Shown piece after piece: positions 33,701 to 49,651 of a DNA stretch of 50,119 nucleotides. The DNA is taken from NCBI GenBank assembly GCA_032718475.1, contig JAUCBJ010000711.1, positions 1 to 50,119 of the forward strand. The letters run 5' to 3'. A program made the translations under genes and the position numbers. Each line of letters opens with the position of its first letter. The first letter of the stretch is position 1. Source of the stretch: Nemertoderma westbladi. Its lineage: Eukaryota > Animalia > Xenacoelomorpha. Below the pieces are notes generated by a model that worked only from the letters and a program-made list of their open reading frames with translations, was not told the DNA's origin and ran no database searches.

Positions 33701-36700
33701 GTAGGTGTATAAACCATTCAAATGAGTAGGTGTATAAACTATAAACCATTCAAATGAGTAGCTGTATAAACTATAAACCATTCAAATGAGTAGCTGTATA
33801 AACTATAAACCATTCAAATGAGTAGGTGTATAAACCATTCAAATGAGTAGGTGTATAAACTATAAACCATTCAACTGAGTAGGTGTATAAACTATAAACC
33901 ATTCAATTGAGTAGGTGTATAAACTATAAACCATTCAAATGAGTAGGTGTATAAACTATAAACCATTCAAATGAGTAGGTGTATAAACCATTCAACTGAG
34001 TAGGTGTATAAACCATTCAAATGAGTAGGTGTATAAACTATAAACCATTCAACTGAGTAGGTGTATAAACTATAAACCATTCAATTGAGTAGGTGTATAA
34101 ACTATAAACCATTCAAATGAGTAGCTGTATAAACTATAAACCATTCAAATGAGTAGGTGTATAAACCATTCAAATGAGTAGCTGTATAAACTATAAACCA
34201 TTCAAATGAGTAGGTGTATAAACCATTCAAATGAGTAGGTGTATAAACTATAAACCATTCAACTGAGTAGGTGTATAAACTATAAACCATTCAATTGAGT
34301 AGGTGTATAAACTATAAACCATTCAAATGAGTAGGTGTATAAACTATAAACGATTCAAATGAGTAGGTGTATAAACTATAAACCATTCAAATGAGTAGCT
34401 GTATAAACTATAAACCATTCAAATGAGTAGGTGTTTAAACTATAAACCATTCAAATGAGTAGGTGTATAAACTATAAACCATTCAAATGAGTAGCTGTAT
34501 AAACTATAAACCATTCAAATGAGTAGGTGTATAAACCATTCAAATGAGTAGGTGTATAAACTATAAACCATTCAACTGAGTAGGTGTATAAACTATAAAC
34601 CATTCAATTGAGTAGGTGTATAAACTATAAACCATTCAAATGAGTAGGTGTATAAACTATAAACCATTCAAATGAGTAGGTGTATAAACCATTCAACTGA
34701 GTAGGTGTATAAACTATAAACGATTCAAATGAGTAGGTGTATAAACTATAAACCATTCAAATGAGTAGCTGTATAAACTATAAACCATTCAAATGAGTAG
34801 GTGTATAAACTATAAACCATTCAAATGAGTAGCTGTATAAACTATAAACCATTCAAATGAGTAGGTGTATAAACCATTCAAATGAGTAGGTGTATAAACT
34901 ATAAACCATTCAACTGAGTAGGTGTATAAACTATAAACCATTCAATTGAGTAGGTGTATAAACTATAAACCATTCAAATGAGTAGGTGTATAAACCATTC
35001 AAATGAGTAGGTGTATAAACTATAAACCATTCAACTGAGTAGGTGTCTAAACTATAAACCATTCAATTGAGTAGGTGTATAAACTATAAACCATTCAAAT
35101 GAGTAGGTGTATAAACCATTCAACTGAGTAGGTGTATAAACTATAAACGATTCAAATGAGTAGGTGTATAAACTATAAACCATTCAAATGAGTAGCTGTA
35201 TAAACTATAAACCATTCAAATGAGTAGGTGTATAAACCATTCAAATGAGTAGGTGTATAAACTATAAACCATTCAAATGAGTAGCTGTACAAACTATAAA
35301 CCATTCAAATGAGTAGCTGTATAAACTATAAACCATTCAAATGAGTAGGTGTATAAACCATTCAAATGAGTAGGTGTATAAACTATAAACCATTCAATTG
35401 AGTAGGTGTATAAACTATAAACCATTCAAATGAGTAGGTGTATAAACTATAAACCATTCAAATGAGTAGGTGTATAAACTATAAACCATTCAAATGAGTA
35501 TAGCTGTATAAACTATAAACCATTCAAATGAGTAGGTGTATAAACCATACAAATGAGTAGGTGTTTAAACTATAAACCATTCAAATGAGTAGCTGTATAA
35601 ACTATAAACCATTCAAATGAGTAGGTGTATAAACCATTCAAATGAGTAGGTGTATAAACTATAAACCATTCAAATGAGTAGCTGTACAAACTATAAACCA
35701 TTCAAATGAGTAGCTGTATAAACTATAAACCATTCAAATGAGTAGGTGTATAAACCATTCAAATGAGTAGGTGTATAAACTATAAACCATTCAATTGAGT
35801 AGGTGTATAAACTATAAACCATTCAAATGAGTAGGTGTATAAACTATAAACCATTCAAATGAGTAGGTGTATAAACCATTCAAATGAGTAGGTGTATAAA
35901 CTATAAACCATTCAACTGAGTAGGTGTATAAACTATAAACCATTCAATTGAGTAGGTGTATAAACTATAAACCATTCAAATGAGTAGGTGTATAAACCAT
36001 TCAACTGAGTAGGTGTATAAACTATAAACGATTCAAATGAGTAGGTGTATAAACTATAAACCATTCAAATGAGTAGCTGTATAAACTATAAACCATTCAA
36101 ATGAGTAGGTGTATAAACCATTCAAATGAGTAGGTGTATAAACTATAAACCATTCAAATGAGTAGCTGTATAAACTATAAACCATTCAAATGAGTAGGTG
36201 TATAAACCATTCAAATGAGTAGGTGTATAAACTATAAACCATTCAATTGAGTAGGTGTATAAACTATAAACCATTCAAATGAGTAGGTGTATAAACTATA
36301 AACCATTCAAATGAGTAGGTGTATAAACTATAAACCATTCAAATGAGTAGCTGTATAAACTATAAACCATTCAAATGAGTAGGTGTATAAACTATAAACC
36401 ATTCAACTGAGTAGGTGTATAAACCATTCAACTGAGTAGGTGTATAAACTATAAACCATTCAACTGAGTAGGTGTATAAACCATTCAACTGAGTAGGTGT
36501 ATAAACTATAAACCATTCAAATGAGTAGGTGTATAAACTATAAACCATTCAAATGAGTAGCTGTATAAACTATAAACCATTCAAATGAGTAGGTGTATAA
36601 ACCATTCAAATGAGTAGGTGTATAAACTATAAACCATTCAACTGAGTAGGTGTATAAACTATAAACCATTCAAATGAGTAGGTGTATAAACTATAAACCA

Positions 36701-39700
36701 TTCAACTGAGTAGGTGTATAAACTATAAACCATTCAACTGAGTAGGTGTATAAACTATAAACCATTCAAATGAGTAGGTGTATAAACTATAAACCATTCA
36801 ACTGAGTAGGTGTATAAACTATAAACCATTCAACTGAGTAGGTGTATAAACTATAAACCATTCAACTGAGTAGGTGTATAAACTATAAACCATTCAACTG
36901 AGTAGGTGTATAAACTATAAACCATTCAAATGAGTAGGTGTATAAACTATAAACCATTCAAATGAGTAGCTGTATAAACTATAAACCATTCAAATGAGTA
37001 GGTGTATAAACCATTCAAATGAGTAGGTGTATAAACTATAAAACCATTCAAATGAGTAGCTGTATAAACTGTAAACCATTCAAATGAGTTAGCTGTATAA
37101 ACTATAATCCATTCAAATGAGTAGGTGTATAAACCATTCAACTGAGTAGGTGTATAAACTATAAACCATTCAAATGAGTAGCTGTATAAACTATAAACCA
37201 TTCAAATGAGTAGCTGTATAAACTATAAACCATTCAAATGAGTAGGTGTATAAACTATAAACCATTCAACTGAGTAGGTGTATAAACTATAAACCATTCA
37301 AATGAGTAGCTGTATAAACTATAAACCATTTAAATGAGTAGCTGTATAAATTATAAACCATTCAACTGAGTAACTGTATAAACTATAAACCATTCAAATG
37401 AGTAGGTGTATAAACTATAAACCATTCAAATGAGTAGGTGTATAAACCATTCAACTGAGTAGGTGTAACTATAAACCATTCAAATGAGTAGGTGTATAAA
37501 CCATTCAACTCAGTAGGTGTATAAACTATAATCCATTCAACTGAGTAGGTGTATAAACTATAAACCCTTCAAATGAGTAGGTGTATAAACTATAAACCAT
37601 TCAAATGAGTAGCTGTATAAACTATAAACCATTCAAATGAGTAGGTGTATAAACTATAAACCATTCAAATGAGTAGGTGTATAAACTATAAACCATTCAA
37701 ATGAGTAGGTGTATAAACTATAAACCATTCAAATGAGTAGGTGTATAAACTATAAACCATTCAAATGAGTAGGTGTATAAACTATAAACCATTCAACTGA
37801 GTAGCTGTATAAACTATAAACCATTCAACTGAGTGGGTGTATAAACTATAAACCATTCAAATGAGTAGGTGTATAAACTATAAACCATTCAAATGAGTAG
37901 GTGTATAAACTATAAACCATTCAAATGAGTAGGTGTATAAACCATTCAAATGAGTAGGTGTATAAACTATAAACCATTCAACTGAGTAGGTGTATAAACT
38001 ATAAACCATTCAATTGAGTAGGTGTATAAACTATAAACCATTCAAATGAGTAGGTGTATAAACTATAAACCATTCAAATGAGTAGGTGTATAAACCATTC
38101 AACTGAGTAGGTGTATAAACTATAAACCATTCAAATGAGTAGGTGTATAAACTATAAACCATTCAAATGAGTAGCTGTATAAACTATAAACCATTCAAAT
38201 GAGTAGGTGTATAAACCATTCAAATGAGTAGGTGTATAAACTATAAACCATTCAAATGAGTAGGTGTATAAACTATAAACCATTCAAATGAGTAGCTGTA
38301 TAAACTGTAAACCATTCAAATGAGTTAGCTGTATAAACTATAATCCATTCAAATGAGTAGGTGTATAAACCATTCAACTGAGTAGGTGTATAAACTATAA
38401 ACCATTCAAATGAGTAGGTGTATAAACCATTCAACTGAGTAGGTGTATAAACTATAAACCATTCAAATGAGTAGGTGTATAAACTATAAACCATTCAACT
38501 GAGTAGGTGTATAAACTATAAACCATTCAAATGAGTAGCTGTATAAACTATAAACCATTCAAATGAGTAGCTGTATAAACTATAAACCATTCAACTGAGT
38601 AACTGTATAAACTATAAACCATTCAAATCAGTAGGTGTATAAACTATAAACCATTCAAATGAGTATGTGTATAAACCATTCAACTGAGTAGGTGTAACTA
38701 TAAACCATTCAAATGAGTAGGTGTATAAACCATTCAACTGAGTAGGTGTATAAACTATAAACCCTTCAAATGAGTAGGTGTATAAACTATAAACCATTCA
38801 AATGAGTAGCTGTATAAACCATTCAAATGAGTAGCTGTATAAACTATAAACCATTCAAATGAGTAGGTGTATAAACCATTCAACTGAGTAGGTGTAACTA
38901 TAAACCATTCAAATGAGTAGGTGTATAAACCATTCAACTGAGTAGGTGTATAAACTATAAACCCTTCAAATGAGTAGGTGTATAAACTATAAACCATTCA
39001 AATGAGTAGGTGTATAAACTATAAACCATTCAACTGAGTAGGTGTATAAACTATAAACCATTCAAATGAGTAGGTGTATAAACTATAAACCATTCAAATG
39101 AGTAGGTGTATAAACTATAAACCATTCAAATGAGTAGCTGTATAAACCATTCAACTGAGTAGGTGTATAAACTATAAACCATTCAAATGAGTAGGTGTAT
39201 AAACTATAAACCATTCGACTGAGTAGGTGTATAAACTATAAACCATTCAAATGAGTAGGTGTATAAACTATAAACCATTCAAATGAGTAGCTGTATAAAC
39301 TATAAACCATTCAAATGAGTATGTGTATAAACTATAAACCATTCAACTGAGTAGGTGTATAAACTATAAACCATTCAAATGAGTAGGTGTATAAACTATA
39401 AACCATTCAAATGAGTAGGTGTATAAACTATAAACCATTCAAATGAGTAGCTGTATAAACCATTCAACTGAGTAGGTGTATAAACTATAAACCATTCAAA
39501 TGAGTAGGTGTATAAACTATAAACCATTCGACTGAGTAGGTGTATAAACTATAAACCATTCAAATGAGTAGGTGTATAAACTATAAACCATTCAAATGAG
39601 TAGCTGTATAAACTATAAACCATTCAAATGAGTAGCTGTATAAACTATAAACCATTCAACTGAGTAGGTGTATAAACTATAAACCATTCAAATGAGTAGC

Positions 39701-42700
39701 TGTAAAAACTATAAACCATTCAATTGAGTAGGTGTATAAACTATAAACCATTCAAATGAGTAGGTGTATAAACTATAAACCATTCAAATGAGTAGGTGTA
39801 TAAACCATTCAACTGAGTAGGTGTATAAACTATAAACCATTCAAATGAGTAGGTGTATAAACTATAAACCATTCAAATGAGTAGCTGTATAAACTATAAA
39901 CCATTCAAATGAGTAGGTGTATAAACCATTCAAATGAGTAGGTGTATAAACTATAAACCATTCAAATGAGTAGGTGTATAAACTATAAACCATTCAAATG
40001 AGTAGCTGTATAAACTGTAAACCATTCAAATGAGTTAGCTGTATAAACTATAATCCATTCAAATGAGTAGGTGTATAAACCATTCAACTGAGTAGGTGTA
40101 TAAACTATAAACCATTCAAATGAGTAGGTGTATAAACCATTCAACTGAGTAGGTGTATAAACTATAAACCATTCAAATGAGTAGCTGTATAAACTATAAA
40201 CCATTCAAATGAGTAGCTGTATAAACTATAAACCATTCAAATGAGTAGGTGTATAAACTATAAACCATTCAACTGAGTAGGTGTATAAACTATAAACCAT
40301 TCAAATGAGTAGCTGTATAAACTATAAACCATTCAAATGAGTAGCTGTATAAACTATAAACCATTCAACTGAGTAACTGTATAAACTATAAACCATTCAA
40401 ATCAGTAGGTGTATAAACTATAAACCATTCAAATGAGTAGGTGTATAAACCATTCAACTGAGTAGGTGTAACTATAAACCATTCAAATGAGTAGGTGTAT
40501 AAACCATTCAACTGAGTAGGTGTATAAACTATAAACCCTTCAAATGAGTAGGTGTATAAACTATAAACCATTCAAATGAGTAGCTGTATAAACCATTCAA
40601 ATGAGTAGCTGTATAAACTATAAACCATTCAAATGAGTAGGTGTATAAACCATTCAACTGAGTAGGTGTAACTATAAACCATTCAAATGAGTAGGTGTAT
40701 AAACCATTCAACTGAGTAGGTGTATAAACTATAAACCCTTCAAATGAGTAGGTGTATAAACTATAAACCATTCAAATGAGTAGGTGTATAAACTATAAAC
40801 CATTCAACTGAGTAGGTGTATAAACTATAAACCATTCAAATGAGTAGGTGTATAAACTATAAACCATTCAAATGAGTAGGTGTATAAACTATAAACCATT
40901 CAAATGAGTAGCTGTATAAACCATTCAACTGAGTAGGTGTATAAACTATAAACCCTTCAAATGAGTAGGTGTATAAACTATAAACCATTCGACTGAGTAG
41001 GTGTATAAACTATAAACCATTCAAATGAGTAGGTGTATAAACTATAAACCATTCAAATGAGTAGCTGTATAAACTATAAACCATTCAAATGAGTAGCTGT
41101 ATAAACTATAAACCATTCAACTGAGTAGGTGTATAAACTATAAACCATTCAAATGAGTAGCTGTATAAACTATAAACCATTCAAATGAGTAGCTGTATAG
41201 ACTATAAACCATTCAAATGAGTAGGTGTATAAACTATAAACCATTCAAATGAGCAGCTGTATAAACTATAAACCATTCAAATGAGTAGCTGTATAAACTA
41301 TAAACCATTCAACTGAGTAGGTGTATAAACTATAAACCATTCAAATGAGTAGCTGTATAAACTATAAACCATTCAAATGAGTAGCTGTATAGACTATAAA
41401 CCATTCAAATGAGTAGCTGTATAAACTATAAACCATTTAAATGAGTAGCTGTATAGACTATAAACCATTCAAATGAGTAGCTGTATAAACTATAAACCAT
41501 TCAAATGAGTAGCTGTATAAACTATAAACCATTCAAATGAGTAGGTGTATGAACTATAAACCATTCAAATGAGTAGCTGTATAAACTATAAACCATTCAA
41601 ATGAGTAGGTGTATAAACTATAAACCAAAACCATTCAAATGAGTAGCTGTATAAACTATAAACCATTCCAATGAGTAGCTGTATAAACTATAAACCATTC
41701 AAATGAGTAGCTGTATAAACTATAAACCATTCAACTGAGTAAATGTATAAACTATAAACCATTCAAATGAGTAGCTGTATAAACTATAAACCATTCAAAT
41801 GAGTAGCTGTATAAACTATAAACCATTCCAATGAGTAGCTGTATAAACTATAAACCATTCAAATGAGTAGCTGTATAAACTATAAACCATTCAAATGAGT
41901 AGCTGTATAAACTATAAACCATTCAAATGAGTAGCTGTATAAACTATAAACCATTCAAATGAGTAGGTGTATAAACTATAAACCATTCAAATGAGTAGCT
42001 GTATAAACTATAAACCATTCAACTGAGTAAATGTATAAACTATAAACCATTCAAATGACTAGCTGTATAAACTATAAACCATTCAAATGAGTAGCTGTAT
42101 AAACTATAAACCAAAACCATTCAAATGAGTAGCTGTATAAACTATAAACCATTCAAATGAGTAGCTGTATAAACTATAAACCATTCAAATGAGTATCTGT
42201 ATAAACTATAAACCATTCAACTGAGTAGGTGTATAAACTATAAATAAACCATTCAAATGAGTAGCTGTATAAACTATAAACCATTCAAATGAGTAGGTGT
42301 ATAAACTATAAACCATTCAAATGAGTAGGTGTATAGACTATAAACCATTCAAATGAGTAGGTGTATAAACTATAAACCATTCAACTGAGTAGCTGTATAA
42401 ACTATAAACCATTCAAATGAGTAGCTGTATAAACTATAAACCATTAAAATGAGTAGCTGTATAAACTATAAACCATTCAACTGAGTAGCTGTATAAACTA
42501 TAAACCATTCAAATGAGTAGCTGTATAAACTATAAACCATTCAAATGAGTAGCTGTATAAACTATAAACCATTCAAATGAGTAGCTGTATAAACTATAAA
42601 CCATTCAACTGAGTAGGTGTATAAACTATAAATAAACCATTCAAATGAGTAGCTGTATAAACTATAAACCATTCAAATGAGTAGGTGTATAAACTATAAA

Positions 42701-45700
42701 CCATTCAACTGAGTAGCTGTATAAACTATAAACCATTCAAATGAGTAGCTGTATAAACTATAAACCATTCAAATGAGTAGCTGTATAAACTATAAACCAT
42801 TCAAATGAGTAGCTGTATAAACTATAAACCATTCAAATGAGTAGGTGTATAAACTATAAACCATTCAAATGAGTAGGTGTATAAACTATAAACCATTCAA
42901 ATGACTAGCTGTATAAACTATAAACCATTCAAATGAGTAGCTGTATAAACTATAAACCATTCAAATGACTAGCTGTATAAACTATAAACCATTCAAATGA
43001 GTAGCTGTATAAACTATAAACCATTCAAATGAGTAGCTGTATAAACTATAAACCATTCAAATGAGTAGGTGTATAAACTATAAACCATTCAAATGAGTAG
43101 CTGTATAAACTATAAACCATTCAAATGAGTAGGTGTATAAACTATAAACCATTCAACTGAGTAGGTGTATAAACTATAAACCATTCAAATGAGTAGGTGT
43201 ATAAACTATAAACCATTCAACTGAGTAGCTGTATAAACTATAAACCATTCAAATGAGTAGCTGTATAAACTATAAACCATTCAAATGAGTAGCTGTATAA
43301 ACTATAAACCATTCAAATGAGTAGCTGTATAAACTATAAACCATTCAAATGAGTAGGTGTATAAACTATAAACCATTCAAATGAGTAGGTGTATAAACTA
43401 TAAACCATTCAAATGACTAGCTGTATAAACTATAAACCATTCAAATGAGTAGCTGTATAAACTATAAACCATTCAAATGACTAGCTGTATAAACTATAAA
43501 GTATAAACCATTCAAATGAGTAGCTGTATAAACTATAAACCATTCAAATGAGTAGGTGTATAAACTATAAACCATTCAAATGAGTAGGTGTATAAACTAT
43601 AAACCATTCAACTGAGTAGGTGTATAAACTATAAACCATTCAACTGAGTAGGTGTATAAACTATAAACCATTCAAATGAGTAGGTGTATAAACTATAAAC
43701 CATTCAAATGAGTAGCTGTATAAACTATAAACCATTCAAATGAGTAGGTGTATAAACTATAAACCATTCAACTGAGTAGGTGTATAAACTATAAACCATT
43801 CAAATGAGTAGGTGTATAAACTATAAACCATTCAAATGACTAGCTGTATAAACTATAAACCATTCAAATGAGTAGCTGTATAAACTATAAACCATTCAAA
43901 TGAGTAGGTGTATAAACTATAAACCATTCAAATGAGTAGCTGTATAAACTATAAACCATTCAAATGAGTAGGTGTATAAACTATAAACCATTCAACTGAG
44001 TAGGTGTATAAACTATAAACCATTCAAATGAGTAGCTGTATAAACTATAAACCATTCAAATGAGTAGCTGTATAAACTATAAACCATTCAAATGAGTAGG
44101 TGTATAAACTATAAACCATTCAAATGAGTAGCTGTATAAACTATAAACCATTCAAATGAGTAGGTGTATAAACTATAAACCATTCAAATGAGTAGGTGTA
44201 TAAACTATAAACCATTCAAATGAGTAGCTGTATAAACTATAAACCATTCAAATGAGTAGGTGTATAAACTATAAACCATTCAAATGAGTAGCTGTATAAA
44301 CTATAAACCATTCAACTGAGTAGGTGTATAAACTATAAACCATTCAAATGAGTAGCTGTATAAACTATAAACCATTCAAATGAGTAGGTGTATAAACTAT
44401 AAACCATTCAAATGAGTAGCTGTATAAACTATAAACCATTCAACTGAGTAGGTGTATAAACTATAAACCATTCAAATGAGTAGCTGTATAAACTATAAAC
44501 CATTCAAATGAGTAGGTGTATAAACTATAAACCATTCAACTGAGTAGCTTTATAAACTATAAACCATTCAAATGAGTAGCTGTATAAACTATAAACCATT
44601 CAAATGAGTAGCTGTATAAACTATAAACCATTCAACTGAGTAGGTGTATAAACTATAAACCATTCAAATGAGTAGGTGTATAAACTGTAAACCATTCAAA
44701 TGAGTAGCTGTATAAACTATAAACCATTCAAATGAGTAGGTGTATAAACTATAAACCATTCAACTGAGTAGCTTTATAAACTATAAACCATTCAAATGAG
44801 TAGCTGTATAAACTATAAACCATTCAAATGAGTAGCTGTATAAACGATAAACCATTCAACTGAGTAGGTGTATAAACTATAAACCATTCAAATGAGTAGG
44901 TGTATAAACTATAAACCATTCAACTGAGTAGGTGTATAAACTATAAACCATTCAAATGAGTAGCTGTATACACTATAAACCATTCAACTGAGTAGGTGTA
45001 TAAACTATAAACCATTCAAATGAGTAGCTGTGTAAACTATAAACCATTCAAATGAGTAGGTGTATAAACTATAAACCATTCAACTGAGTAGCTTTATAAA
45101 CTATAAACCATTCAAATGAGTAGCTGTATAAACTATAAACCATTCAAATGAGTAGCTGTATAAACTATAAACCATTCAAATGAGTAGGTGTATAAACTAT
45201 AAACCATTCAACTGAGTAGGTGTATAAACCATTCAACTGAGTAGGTGTATACACTATAAACCATTCAAATGAGTAGCTGTGTAAACTATAAACCATTCAA
45301 ATGAGTAGGTGTATAAACTATAAACCATTCAACTGAGTAGCTTTATAAACTATAAACCATTCAAATGAGTAGCTGTATAAACTATAAACCATTCAAATGA
45401 GTAGCTGTATAAACTATAAACCATTCAAATGAGTAGCTGTATAAACTATAAACCATTCAACTGAGTAGGTGTATAAACCATTCAACTGAGTTAGTAGGTG
45501 TATACACTATAAACCATTCAAATGAGTAGCTGTATAAACTATATACCATTCAAATGAGTAGCTGTATAAACTATAAACCATTCAACTGAGTAGGTGTATA
45601 AACCATTCAACTGAGTAGGTGTATAAACTATAAACCATTCAAATGAGTAGCTGTATAAACTATATACCATTCAAATGAGTAGCTGTATAAACTATAAACC

Positions 45701-48700
45701 ATTCAACTGAGTAGGTGTATAAACCATTCAACTGAGTAGGTGTATAAACTATAAACCATTCAAATGAGTAGCTGTATAAACTATAAACCATTCAAATGAG
45801 TAGCTGTATAAACTATAAACCATTCAAATGAGTAGCTGTATAAACTATAAACCATTCAAATGAGTAGCTGTATAAACTATAAACCATTCAAATGAGTAGG
45901 TGTATAAACTATAAACCATTCAAATGCGTAGGTGTATAAACTATAAACCATTCAAATGAGTAGGTGTATACACTATAAACCATTCAAATGAGTAGCTGTA
46001 TAAACTATAAACCATTCAAATGAGTAGGTGTATAAACTATAAACCATTTAACTGAGTAGGTGTATAAACCATACAAATGAGTAGGTGTATAAACTATAAA
46101 CCATTCAAATGAGTAGGTGTATAAACTATAAACCATTTAAATGAGTAGGTGTATAAACTATAAACCATTCAAATGAGTAGGTGTATAAACTATAAACCAT
46201 TCAAATGAGTAGGTGTATACACTATAAACCATTCAAATGAGTAGCTGTATAAACTATAAACCATTCAAATGAGTAGGTGTATAAACTATAAACCATTCAA
46301 ATGAGTAGGTGTATAAACTATAAACCATTCAAATGAGTAGGTGTATAAACTATAAACCATTCAAATGAGTAGGTGTATAAACTATAAACCATTCAAATGA
46401 GTAGGTGTATACACTATAAACCATTCAAATGAGTAGGTGTATAAACTATAAACCATTCAAATGAGTAGGTGTATAAACTATAAACCATTCAAATGAGTAG
46501 GTGTATAAACCATTCAACTGAGTAGGTGTATAAACTATAAACCATTCAAATGAGTAGCTGTATAAACTATAAACCATTCAAATGAGTAGCTGTATAAACT
46601 ATAAACCATTCAAATGAGTAGGTGTATAAACTATAAACCATTCAAATGAGTAGCTGTATAAACTATAAACCATTCAAATGAGTAGGTGTATAAACTATAA
46701 ACCATTCAACTGAGTAGGTGTATAAACCATTCAACTGAGTAGGTGTATAAACTATAAACCATTCAAATGAGTAGGTGTATAAACCATTCAACTGAGTAGC
46801 TGTATAAACTATAAACCATTCAAATGAGTAGGTGTATAAACTATAAACCATTCAAATGAGTAGCTGTATAAACTATAAACCATTCAACTGAGTAGGTGTA
46901 TAAACTATAAACCATTCAAATGAGTAGCTGTATAAACTATAAACCATTCAAATGAGTAGCTGTATAAACTATAAACCATTCAAATGAGTAGGTGTATAAA
47001 CTATAAACCATTCAAATGAGTAGCTGTATAAACTATAAACCATTCAAATGAGTAGGTGTATAAACTATAAACCATTCAAATGAGTAGGTGTATAAACTAT
47101 AAACCATTCAAATGAATAGGTGTATAAACTATAAACCATTCAAATGAGTAGGTGTATAAACTATAAACCATTCAAATGAGTAGCTGTATAAACTATAAAC
47201 CATTCAAATGAGTAGGTGTATAAACTATAAACCATTCAACTGAGTAGGTGTATAAACCATTCAACTGAGTAGGTGTATAAACTATAAACCATTCAAATGA
47301 GTAGGTGTATAAACTATAAACCATTCAAATGAGTAGGTGTATAAACTATAAACCATTCAAATGAATAGGTGTATAAACCATTCAACTGAGTAGGTGTATA
47401 AACTATAAACCATTCAACTGAGTAGGTGTATAAACCATTCAACTGAGTAGGTGTATAAACTATAAACCATTCAAATGAGTAGCTGTATAAACTATAAACC
47501 ATTCAAATGAGTAGGTGTATAAACCATTCAACTGAGTAGCTGTATAAACTATAAACCATTCAAATGAGTAGGTGTATAAACTATAAACCATTCAAATGAG
47601 TAGCTGTATAAACTATAAACCATTCAACTGAGTAGGTGTATAAACTATAAACCATTCAAATGAGTAGCTGTATAAACTATAAACCATTCAAATGAGTAGC
47701 TGTATAAACTATAAACCATTCAAATGAGTAGGTGTATAAACTATAAACCATTCAAATGAGTAGCTGTATAAACTATAAACCATTCAAATGAGTAGCTGTA
47801 TAAACTATAAACCATTCAACTGAGTAGGTGTATAAACTATAAACCATTCAAATGAGTAGCTGTATAAACTATAAACCATTCAAATGAGTAGCTGTATAAA
47901 CTATAAACCATTCAAATGAGTAGGTGTATAAACTATAAACCATTAAACTGAGTAGGTGTATAAACCATTCAACTGAGTAGGTGTATAAACTATAAACCAT
48001 TCAAATGAGTAGGTGTATAAACTATAAACCATTCAAATGAGTAGGTGTATAAACTATAAACCATTCAAATGAGTAGGTGTATTAACTATAAACCATTCAA
48101 CTGAGTAGGTGTGTAAACCATTCAACTGAGTAGGTGTATAAACTATAAACCATTCAAATGAGTAGCTGTATAAACTATAAACCATTCAAATGAGTAGCTG
48201 TATAAACCATTCAACTGAGTAGCTGTATAAACTATAAACCATTCAAATGAGTAGGTGTATAAACTATAAACCATTCAAATGAGTAGGTGTATAAACCATT
48301 CAACTGAGTAGGTGTATAAACTATAAACCATTCAAATGAGTAGGTGTATAAACCATTCAACTGAGTAGGTGTATAAACTATAAACCATTCAAATGAGTAG
48401 GTGTATAAACCATTCAACTGAGTAGGTGTATAAACTATAAACCATTCAAATGAGTAGGTGTATAAACTATAAACCATTCAAATGAGTAGCTGTATAAACT
48501 ATAAACCATTCAAATGAGTAGGTGTATAAACTATAAACCATTCAAATGAGTAGGTGTATAAACTATAAACCATTCAAATGAGTAGGTGTATAAACTATAA
48601 ACCATTCAACTGAGTAGGTGTATAAACTATAAACCATTCAAATGAGTAGGTGTATAACTATAAACCATTCAAATGAGTAGCTGTATAAACTATAAACCAT

Positions 48701-49651
48701 TCAAATGAGTAGGTGTATAAACTATAAACCATTCAACTGAGTAGGTGTATAAACCATTCAACTGAGTAGGTGTATAAACTATAAACCATTCAACTGAGTA
48801 GGTCTATAAAGCATACAAATGAGTAGCTGTATAAACTATAAACCATTCAAATGAGTAGCTGTATGAACTATAAACCATTCAAATGAGTAGGTGTATAAAC
48901 TATAAACCATTCAAATGAGTAGCTGTACAAACTATAAACCATTCAAATGAGTAGCTGTATAAACTATAAACCATTCAAATGAGTAGCGTGCTATAAACCA
49001 TTCAAATGAGTAGGTGTATAAACTATAAACCATTCAATTGAGTAGGTGTATAAACTATAAACCATTCAAATGAGTAGGTGTATAAACTATAAACCATTCA
49101 AATGAGTAGGTGTATAAACTATAAACCATTCAAATGAGTATGCTGTATAAACTATAAACCATTCAAATGAGTAGCTGTATAAACTATAAACCATTCAAAT
49201 GAGTAGGTGTATAAACTATAAACCATTCAAATGAGTAGCTGTATAAACTATAAACCATTCAAATGAGTAGGTGTATAAACCATTCAAATGAGTAGGTGTA
49301 TAAACTATAAACCATTCAAATGAGTAGCTGTACAAACTATAAACCATTCAAATGAGTAGCTGTATAAACTATAAACCATTCAAATGAGTAGGTGTATAAA
49401 CCGTTTCTTTTTTAACCTCAAATTTAAATGCCTGATTGACCTGATTGAATTCTAAATCCGGCCATATTAATCTAAAGATAATTCATCATAATCATAACAA
49501 TAACGAAACAATCCTTATAATATCTAAGTGTAAAGGAGTGGGATCAGGATCGGGGTCGGGATCGGGATCCACAATTTTCGGGATTAGGGATCGGGATAGC
49601 AACTGTCGGGAATTTAATTTTATTGAGGTCATCCAAAACATAAAATAGCTA

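Larger units (their letters stand above)
22904..49402. repeat. 32-bp (with a 25-bp variant) AT-rich satellite, roughly 800 units over 26.5 kb, interrupted once
   Basis: Unit GAGTAG(G/C)TGTATAAACTATAAACCATTCAA(A/C/T)T; the 25-bp form lacks one TATAAAC. It starts 34 bp after the donor at 22870. Confidence 0.99.

Noticed and set aside
22904-49402. CRISPR-like array of ~32-bp repeats and the many short MVYSLYTY ORFs
   Set aside because: Head-to-tail repeats with no unique spacers and no cas genes, in a eukaryotic context; the ORFs are satellite translations.
49538-49598. (GGGATC)n hexamer tract and the GSGSGS ORF
   Set aside because: Short degenerate microsatellite; not telomeric and not supportable as coding.
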